This document shows positions 58,578 through 64,000 of a stretch of 64,000 nt of DNA, piece by piece (the first letter of the stretch is position 1; each line of letters opens with the position of its first letter). The stretch lies in the NCBI GenBank assembly GCA_965203465.1, contig CBDBCR010000001.1, positions 544,001 to 608,000 on the forward strand. The letters are read 5' to 3'. The DNA is from Nitrosopumilaceae archaeon (lineage in GTDB: Archaea; Thermoproteota; Nitrososphaeria; Nitrososphaerales; Nitrosopumilaceae). A model generated the notes under the pieces. The model was not told the DNA's origin. It did not search any database and saw only the letters and a list, made by a program, of their open reading frames with translations. Position numbers and translations under genes: made by a program.

Positions 58578-60229
58578 CCCGACTCCCTCGCGAGGGCCCG
58601 CAGCTCCGAGGCCGCCTCGCCGATCTCGTGCAGCGATATCCACTTTGATACGAGCTCGGCGCCGCCCAGCCGGTGCGCCTCGGCCAGTATGGCAGAGCGC
58701 CTCGCCTTTTTTATGGCGGCCCGGAACTCGGCGATGGCCGAGCGCGCGTCCGGCCTGCCGGCGATGGCGCTGCCGCCGACGAACGCGCGCGCGCCGTCGG
58801 CAAAGCACTCTCCGGCGTTGTCCGGGCCCACGCCGCCGTCGGCCTCTATCGTCCCGGCAAAGCCCAGCTCGGCGAGGCGGAGGGCCAGCGCGGCGGTCTT
58901 TGCGTGCGCGGCTTGGATGTATTTCTGGCCGGCCCTGCCCGGCTCCACCGACATGACGATGACCTGGCCGAGCTCGGGGACGAACCGCCCGGCCCAGCCC
59001 GGAAGATCGGTGCCGGGGTTTACCGCGAGCCCGAGGCCCGCGCCGGCCGAGCGCAGCGCGTCGCGCACCGCGCCGAACTCGGCCTCGTCGCACGCCTCGG
59101 CGTGGACCGTCACCATGTCGCTGCCAGCCTCCGCGTAGGCGCGCGCGTGCCTAGCCGGCTCTGCTATCATCAGGTGCGTGTCGAACGGCAGGTCCGTGAC
59201 GGGGCGCAGGCGGGCGACGGTCTCGTGGCCGAAGGTGCGGGCCGGCACGAACTTTCCGTCCATGACGTCCAGGTGTATCCAGTCGGCCCCGCCCTCGGCG
59301 CACCTCCTCACGGTGCCCTCCAGATCGGACATGTCGCCGGCTATTATCGACGGCGCTATCGCCGCCTCCGAATCGATCTCTTTGAATATGAGCGGGACCA
59401 CGTCGGCCGAGGCGGCCTTGCCGTGCCAGGCCGGGTTGTCCTCCATGTGCTCTACGGATCTCCCCTTTACCGTCCTTGCTATCACTATGGACGGGGAGCC
59501 GGGCGAGCGGGCTGCCTCGTCGAGCGCCGAGCTGACCTGCTCGACGCGGTGGCCGTCGGCCTCCAGCACGTTCCAGCCGAACGCGCGCCACTTGTCGCAG
59601 ACCCTGCGCACCGACGGATCCGAGCGCGGCTGCGTCGGGCTGCCCGTCGGGCCGTCCAGCGGCATGACCTGCTCGGTGTACGAATCCTGCTGTATGAGGT
59701 TGCGGTCCAGTATCGCGGTCAGGTTGTCCAGGCCGTATTTCGAGGCCGCCATGGCGGCCTCCCAGACCTGCCCCTCGTCGGTCTCGCCGTCGCCGAGCAC
59801 CGCGTATATCCTCCTGCCGCTGCCGTCGAGGCGCGCGGCCAGCGCGGCGCCGACCGAGAACGAAAGGCCGGTGCCCAGCGAGCCGCCGCAAAACTCCACG
59901 CCGGGGCACTTTAGGTCGGGGTGGCCCTGCAGCCGGCTGCCGAGGGCGCGCAGCGTCTCGGTCTCGGATTCTTCGATGAAGCCTGCGACGGCCAGGCCCG
60001 CAAAGAGGCCGGGCGCGGCGTGCCCCTTTGAGAGGACTATGCGGTCCCTGTCCTCCCAGCCGGGCTCGGAGGGCCGCACGCGCGCGTGGCCGTGCAGCAG
60101 GCACCCGATTATCTCGGCCATGGAAAACGAGCCCCCCGGGTGGCCGGAGCCGGCCGCCGTCGTGGCCCGTATGACCAGCTTGCGGGCCCGCCTGACGTTT
60201 TTTTTGATCAAGGAATAGTCTGGCCCCAT
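58568..60229 (-). CDS. Transketolase N-terminal subunit fused to ribulose-phosphate 3-epimerase
   Basis: SGHPGGS, SKGH, GDGE, WHGK, then IAPSI, HLDVMDG.FVP, DTHLM, MSVEPG, EADGG. Confidence 0.92.
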   Translation of the reverse strand: MGPDYSLIKKNVRRARKLVIRATTAAGSGHPGGSFSMAEIIGCLLHGHARVRPSEPGWEDRDRIVLSKGHAAPGLFAGLAVAGFIEESETETLRALGSRLQGHPDLKCPGVEFCGGSLGTGLSFSVGAALAARLDGSGRRIYAVLGDGETDEGQVWEAAMAASKYGLDNLTAILDRNLIQQDSYTEQVMPLDGPTGSPTQPRSDPSVRRVCDKWRAFGWNVLEADGHRVEQVSSALDEAARSPGSPSIVIARTVKGRSVEHMEDNPAWHGKAASADVVPLIFKEIDSEAAIAPSIIAGDMSDLEGTVRRCAEGGADWIHLDVMDGKFVPARTFGHETVARLRPVTDLPFDTHLMIAEPARHARAYAEAGSDMVTVHAEACDEAEFGAVRDALRSAGAGLGLAVNPGTDLPGWAGRFVPELGQVIVMSVEPGRAGQKYIQAAHAKTAALALRLAELGFAGTIEADGGVGPDNAGECFADGARAFVGGSAIAGRPDARSAIAEFRAAIKKARRSAILAEAHRLGGAELVSKWISLHEIGEAASELRALARESGCA

Positions 60230-60300
60230 CGGGCGCCGCGCCGCGCCGGTTCGAATAAAAATCTATACGGGGGTAAATTTTTAATCGGGCCGGCCGCAAC

Positions 60301-60687
60301 GTGGCCGTGGGCTGGCGGGACGACGTGCCGATCGTGCTGTACGACGACAGGTGCGCCGCGTGCTCGGTGTTCGCCTCGGCCGTGCACCGCGCCGCGAGGG
60401 GGTGCGTAAGGACGGTCGGGCACTATACGCGCGCCGGCGAGGCCATACGATCCGAGGCGCTCGAAGGCGACGCGCTCAGCATGTTCTGGTTTCTGGACGG
60501 CAAGACCGCCTACGGCGGGCGCGCCGCGCTGCTTCCGCTGGCGAGGCAGGTGCTCGGGGGCAGGTGCCCCGGCGGGCGCGCGGTTTTCGATTCAGCAGAT
60601 TGCGCATCCTGCAGGGATCCGCGCTCGGTGCTGCTCCGGTCGGCTAGCCTGCTGTCGCACAGCAGAAAGATAGACACGAGCCTGTAG
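60301..60687 (+). CDS. DCC1-like thiol-disulfide oxidoreductase
   Basis: VLYDDRCAAC (DxxCxxC). Confidence 0.75.
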   Translation: MAVGWRDDVPIVLYDDRCAACSVFASAVHRAARGCVRTVGHYTRAGEAIRSEALEGDALSMFWFLDGKTAYGGRAALLPLARQVLGGRCPGGRAVFDSADCASCRDPRSVLLRSASLLSHSRKIDTSL

Positions 60688-60706
60688 GCGCCGCGGACCG
60701 GGGGGC

Positions 60707-60832
60707 TCAGTACCCCCTGCTGTTGCGGTCAGGCGCCGCGTTCGGGTTGCGGAACCCGTGCTTTTCCATCATGTGGTTGAGCAGCCGTATGTCGTCTTCG
60801 AGCGGCTGGCCGCACACCGAGCACGTGCTCAC
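60707..60832 (-). CDS. Small C2H2-type zinc-finger protein
   Basis: CSVC...HMMEKH. Confidence 0.6.
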   Translation of the reverse strand: MSTCSVCGQPLEDDIRLLNHMMEKHGFRNPNAAPDRNSRGY

Positions 60833-60864
60833 GGCGCGCGGCCGAGGGCCCCTGATTAAAGTGA

Positions 60865-60979
60865 TGCCGGCACTGCTGCTTCCCAAGAGCTCTCGCATCT
60901 AAGTAGCACAACAGCGACGGCAGGTTTGACTTCCAAGTTCGGAACGGGATTGGGTCGCGCCCTGCCGCTATGGCCGGCT
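60865..60979 (-). rRNA. rrf: 5S rRNA
   Basis: Minus strand GCCGGCCAUAGCGGCAGGG..ACCC.AUCCCGUUCCGAAC.UGGAAGUCAAACC...GGGAAGCAGCAGUGCCGGC. Confidence 0.92.
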
Positions 60980-61068
60980 TGAACCGGGGCCGGCCGGCCC
61001 CACCTATTAAGATATCGCGCCGGCGCGCCCCGCGAAGACGTTAAGAACTCCGGCTTTCCAGCTAGGCC

Positions 61069-62853
61069 GTGTCACACCGGGTAGCCGTGCTGGACAGGGA
61101 CGCCTGCCAGCCCAGAAAGTGCGGGCTGGAATGCGTAAAGTACTGCCCCGTCAACAAGTCCGGGGCCGACTGCGTCGCGATAGACGAGCAGACCGGCAAG
61201 GCCCGCATAGACGAGAACATATGCAACGGCTGCGGCATCTGCGTCAAGGTCTGCCCCTTCGAGGCCATAACCGTGGTGAACCTGGCCTCCGAGACGGGCA
61301 GGGACAAGGTCCACCAGTACGGCCGCAACTCGTTCCGGCTGTACAGGCTGCCGGCTCCCAAAAAGGGCCAGGTGGTCGGGCTGCTGGGCAGGAACGGCAT
61401 GGGCAAGAGCACCATCGTGGGGATACTGTCGGGCAGCATCGTGCCCAACCTGGGCAGGTACGAAGATCCACCCGGCTGGGACGGGGTGCTGGACCACTAC
61501 GCGGGCACCGAGCTAAAGGCCCACTTTGAGTCCGTGCTAGGCGGCGCGGCCGTCTCCATAAAGCCCCAGCAGGTCTACGACGTGGCGCGCGCCTTCGACG
61601 GCACCGGGGCCGAGCTGCTCGCAAAGTACGGCGGCCCGGAGCGCGCCGGGCGCGTCTCGGGCCAGCTGGGGCTGGAGCCCGCGCTGGGGCGCAGGACCGA
61701 TCAGATGAGCGGCGGCGAGCTGCAGAGGCTCTCGGTGGCCGTGGCCGCCTCGCGGGAGGCGGACCTGTACTTTTTCGACGAGCCGTCCTCGTACAACGAC
61801 GTGTTCCAGAGGCTGGCTGTGGCGCGCGTCATACGCTCGCTGGCGGCCGAGGGAAAGAGCGTGATGGTGGTGGAGCACGACCTGACGCTGCTGGACTACC
61901 TGAGCGACCACATCGACGTGCTCTACGGAGAGCCGTCGGCGTACGGCATCGCCTCTGGCGTGCTGTCCACAAAGGTGGGCATCAACGTGTTTCTGGACGG
62001 GTACCTGCCGTCGGAGAACGTGCGGTTCCGCGACAAGGCGTTTGCCATGGACGCCTCTGCCTCGTCGGCCGACGAGTTCCAGGAGGGCAGCGGGGTGCTG
62101 TCGTACCCGGGCTTTTCAAAGCGCCACGACGGCTTCGAGCTGGAAGTCGAAGCGGGCACCGTCCACCGCGGCGAGGTGGTCGGGATGATGGGGGCCAACT
62201 CGCTCGGCAAGACCACGATGATGAAGATAATGGCGGGCGAGCAGAAACCCGACTCGGGCGGGGCCCCCTCCAAGACGAGCATATCGTACAAGCCGCAGTA
62301 CCTGCGCTCGGACTCCGAGGCCGGCGTGCTCGCCGTGCTCGATTCGGCTTGCGGCTCGCAGCTGGAAGGCAGCATGGAAGAGGAGCAGATCGCCGTGCCG
62401 CTGCGCGTCCAGAAACTCTACTCGCGCAGGGTGAGCCAGCTCTCCGGGGGCGAGCTGCAAAAGGTGGCCATAACGGCCTGCCTGCTGCGCAAGGCGGACC
62501 TGTACGCGCTCGACGAGCCGTCGGCGTTCCTGGACGTAGAGGACCGCATCGCCGTCGCAAAGTTCGTCCAAAAATTCGCAAGGTCGTTCGGCAAGTCCGC
62601 CCTTGTCATAGACCACGACCTGCAGCTCATGGACCTGGTCTCGGACACGGTCGTCGTGTTCGAAGGCGAGCCTGGCAGGCGCGGCAGGGCAGCTGCCCCC
62701 GCGCCCAAGGCCGAGGCCATGAACAGGTTTCTGGGCTCGCTTGGCATATCGTTCCGCCGCGACGAGCGCTCCATGCGGCCGCGCGTCAACAAGCAGGACA
62801 GCAGGCTGGACAAGGAGCAAAAGATGGCAGGCAATTTTTATTACTCGCGCTGA
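61069..62853 (+). CDS. rli1: Ribosome recycling ATPase ABCE1/Rli1
   Basis: N-terminal 2x[4Fe-4S] Cys motifs, two ABC domains, RPRVNK. Confidence 0.96.
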   Translation: MSHRVAVLDRDACQPRKCGLECVKYCPVNKSGADCVAIDEQTGKARIDENICNGCGICVKVCPFEAITVVNLASETGRDKVHQYGRNSFRLYRLPAPKKGQVVGLLGRNGMGKSTIVGILSGSIVPNLGRYEDPPGWDGVLDHYAGTELKAHFESVLGGAAVSIKPQQVYDVARAFDGTGAELLAKYGGPERAGRVSGQLGLEPALGRRTDQMSGGELQRLSVAVAASREADLYFFDEPSSYNDVFQRLAVARVIRSLAAEGKSVMVVEHDLTLLDYLSDHIDVLYGEPSAYGIASGVLSTKVGINVFLDGYLPSENVRFRDKAFAMDASASSADEFQEGSGVLSYPGFSKRHDGFELEVEAGTVHRGEVVGMMGANSLGKTTMMKIMAGEQKPDSGGAPSKTSISYKPQYLRSDSEAGVLAVLDSACGSQLEGSMEEEQIAVPLRVQKLYSRRVSQLSGGELQKVAITACLLRKADLYALDEPSAFLDVEDRIAVAKFVQKFARSFGKSALVIDHDLQLMDLVSDTVVVFEGEPGRRGRAAAPAPKAEAMNRFLGSLGISFRRDERSMRPRVNKQDSRLDKEQKMAGNFYYSR

Positions 62854-62864
62854 GCACCGCCTCC

Positions 62865-63233
62865 GTGGACGCCCTGATGGAGGCCGCAAAGGCCGCCTCG
62901 GCGCTGGCGCGCTGCCCGTATTCGGGCTTCGCAGTCGGCTCGGCGGCGCTCGACTCGGAGGGCCGCGTGTACTCTGGCTGCAACGTGGAAAACGCGGCCT
63001 ACGGCTCGAGCATGTGCGCCGAGCGCGTGGCGCTGTTCAAGGCGGTCTCGGAGGGCTGCGGCCGGATAGTGCGGATGGCAGTGTACGCGCCCGGCGGCGC
63101 CGCGCCGTGCGGGGCCTGCAGGCAGGTCATCTCCGAGCTTGCCCCCGGCGCCCGGATAGCGGTGCACGGCCGGCCCGAGCTTCCCGCCGAGTCGCTGCTG
63201 CCCGGGCCGTTCGGGCCCGGCTCGCTGCCCTGA
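62865..63233 (+). CDS. cdd: Cytidine deaminase
   Basis: PYSGF.VG, NVENA, CAER, PCGACRQ. Confidence 0.93.
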   Translation: MDALMEAAKAASALARCPYSGFAVGSAALDSEGRVYSGCNVENAAYGSSMCAERVALFKAVSEGCGRIVRMAVYAPGGAAPCGACRQVISELAPGARIAVHGRPELPAESLLPGPFGPGSLP

Positions 63234-63281
63234 GGCGATCATGTTATACCCGTCCGGGTACCCACGCGCGCCGTTGGCCGG

Positions 63282-64000
63282 CATGCTGAAGCGCGAGCTG
63301 GCGGGCGTGCTGCCCGCATCCGAGCTTGCCATGATGTGGTCTGCGTTCGACCAGGTGGGGGACATCATCATAGTCCGGATACCGGACGGGCTGTCGCACA
63401 GGAAATCCCTGATAGGAGAGACGCTGCTGGAGCGCTCGGGCCCGGCGCGGTCGGTCTTTGCCCAGTCCTCGCCGGTCGGCGGCGAGCACCGCACGCGCGG
63501 GCTGGAGCTGCTCGCCGGCGAGGACCGCACCCTGACCGAGCACACGGAGAACGGGTGCAGGCTGCTGGTGGACGTCGAAAAGGCGTTCTTTTCCCCGCGC
63601 CTCTCGACCGAGCGCATGCGGATAGCCGAGGCGTGCTCGGACGGCGAGACGGTGGTGAACATGTTCGGCGGCGTCGGCGCGTTCTCGCTGGCCATAGCGC
63701 GGGCGAGAAAGTGCACCGTCTACAGCATCGACGTCAACGCCGAGGCGGCCAGGCTGTGCGCGGCCAACGCGAGGAGGAACAAACTGAAGGGGCGCGTGAT
63801 CTCGGTGGCGGGCGACGCGGCGTCCGCCACCTGGGGCATGGACAACATCTCGTCGCGCACGCTCATGGTGCTGCCCGAAAGGTCGGCCGAGTTCCTGCCC
63901 GACGCCCTGCGGGTGTCGGCGCCCGGGGGCATCGTGCACTATTACGCGCACACGCACTCTTACAAAAAGTCCGGCGCCACGAGCGCGGCGCGGGAAAACC
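63282..64000 (+). CDS. Trm5/Tyw2-family tRNA methyltransferase, 3'-truncated
   Basis: FDQVGDI, ENG....D....FFSPRL.TER, NMFGGVG.F, DVN. Confidence 0.88.

Noticed and set aside
60865-60979. 5S rRNA unlinked from 16S/23S
   Set aside because: Normal arrangement in Thaumarchaeota.
1-64000. Many long overlapping Arg/Ala/Gly/Pro-rich ORFs (e.g. 38940-41882, 22016-24121, 29740-31479)
   Set aside because: Shadow frames caused by very high GC; they overlap well-supported genes.

Overview
A GC-rich chromosomal window from an ammonia-oxidising archaeon (Nitrosopumilaceae/Cenarchaeum-like). The assignment rests on the ADP-forming 3-hydroxypropionyl-CoA synthetase, archaeal aroA'/aroB' shikimate entry, class I LysRS, Pus10, PAC2, Elp3, ABCE1 and thaumarchaeal 'PSWIK-NA-W' and PEF-CTERM exported proteins. 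Most of it is intact housekeeping DNA: purQ/L/F, purM, uvrBAC, hisBHAFI, aro genes, tal/tkt-rpe, citrate synthase, SRP54, tRNA-Gly(CCC), tRNA-His(GTG) and a 5S rRNA. The accessory left end (1-5.1 kb) holds a Mrr-like/KOW/SWIM protein, a Zn-ribbon/HNH-repeat protein, and a decayed AbiE type IV TA operon interrupted by a complete IS630 element, next to a triplicated palindromic operator-like region. Two further TA-like loci (DUF4065-like, PIN) are also broken. Signals outside the ORF track are a box C/D guide RNA predicted to methylate C34 of tRNA-Met(CAU) directly upstream of dph6, an unassigned ~124-nt multibranch RNA-like structure upstream of tRNA-His, other structured intergenic segments, and a catalytically degenerate ahcY. 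All family calls come from motif recognition, not database searches.
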